DNA from: Octopus sinensis
Taxonomy: Eukaryota
Length of the DNA stretch: 64,000 nt
Assembly: GCF_006345805.1 (NCBI RefSeq)
Contig: NC_042999.1
Span: 167,462,001-167,526,000, forward strand
Direction: 5' to 3'
A model generated the notes under the pieces. The model was not told where the DNA came from. It did not search any database and worked only from the letters and a program-made list of their open reading frames with translations. Of this stretch, positions 63,270 through 64,000 are shown piece after piece; the first letter of the stretch is position 1, and every line of letters starts with the position of its first letter. The position numbers and the translations under genes were made by a program.

Positions 63270-64000
63270 ATCAGATGTAAACTCAACTACGAAGGTAAAA
63301 AGATTATGAGATTAGGCGAAGAATTCTCAAAGCTGTTCCATGTGAACCAAAGGTGGTTAGATTGGCCTACTTAAACGGAGACTTGGAGGAGAAATACTTT
63401 TAATACTAACAGAAACTTACACCTGAGTATATATCCAGCAAGCTAGAGAATACTATCCTCATGGACAAACAAACTGCCCTCTCTTGGAACTGGGACAAAT
63501 ACCTCATATCTTACGTAGAATGCTATATCTTTGCTATCCAAGAATAGGCAGCAGCTACTAAATACCAGATCATCAAGAGAGATAAGGCTCTAGATCTGTG
63601 CGCCATGATAGTAAGTACCCATTGTGCCATACTAGTATGGAAGATATCACCTATATCATCAACAGCTTTCCGAAGATCTCCGCAATCTACTACCCTGGTC
63701 CGCAATCTAGTCCCTTGTGGCTAAAACTGTCTACAATGAGAATTATTTTAACAACCATTCCAGATGCGCAACAGAAAAACTAAGTGGCCAAGTCTTTAAA
63801 AATAATGAAAACTGTTGGAACATTCAGATAAAAACAGCAACCTATTGTAAGTACAACAGGCCAGATATTATTGTACAGGACAAAAAAGAAGAAAAAAAAG
63901 AAAAAATTATGCACTGTTGCAGAGAACCTTTCTCCATTGACTGTGAATGTCTCGTCAGTTGTTGGGGAGGAGTAGTAACATCTAAGAAGAGCTAATAAGA
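63270..64000 (+). mobile_element. R4/Dong-like RLE non-LTR retrotransposon C-terminal fragment, runs off the window
   Basis: YIFAIQE..ATKY; decayed CCHC (DSKYPLC..EDITYII..FPK..YY); YNRPDIIVQDKK. Confidence 0.72.

Overview
Gene-poor, repeat-saturated animal DNA. The SINE families, (TA)n/(CA)n/(GA)n density and transposon set best fit an octopus/coleoid cephalopod genome (inference). I find no supportable host protein-coding gene; most short ORFs in the track are microsatellite translations. The window is a stack of nested mobile elements. (1) CR1-group APE-RT LINEs: four large copies (one full-length with a 9-bp TSD, one with an open ~990-aa ORF2) plus 3' fragments. (2) Penelope-like elements (PLEs) of three lineages (Neptune-, Naiad- and Poseidon-like), with hammerhead ribozymes and many short fold-back derivatives. 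(3) Two restriction-like-endonuclease non-LTR elements (HERO-like, R4-like). (4) Non-autonomous Helitrons, including a head-to-tail tandem. (5) A decayed Chapaev3-like transposon. (6) Two adjacent 8-bp-TSD fold-back MITEs carrying telomeric repeats. (7) Two tRNA-derived SINE families. Best leads: the CR1 ORF1 reconstructs as Myb/SANT-like plus CCCH finger behind an array of splice acceptors; the Naiad 3' region is C-depleted on the sense strand and could fold into a long G:U-rich hairpin; PLE fold-back junctions fall at or near hammerhead cleavage sites; the telomere-bearing MITEs; and a covarying 3' hairpin shared by the LINEs and one SINE. Family names rest on motif recognition, not database searches, and boundaries were read by eye.
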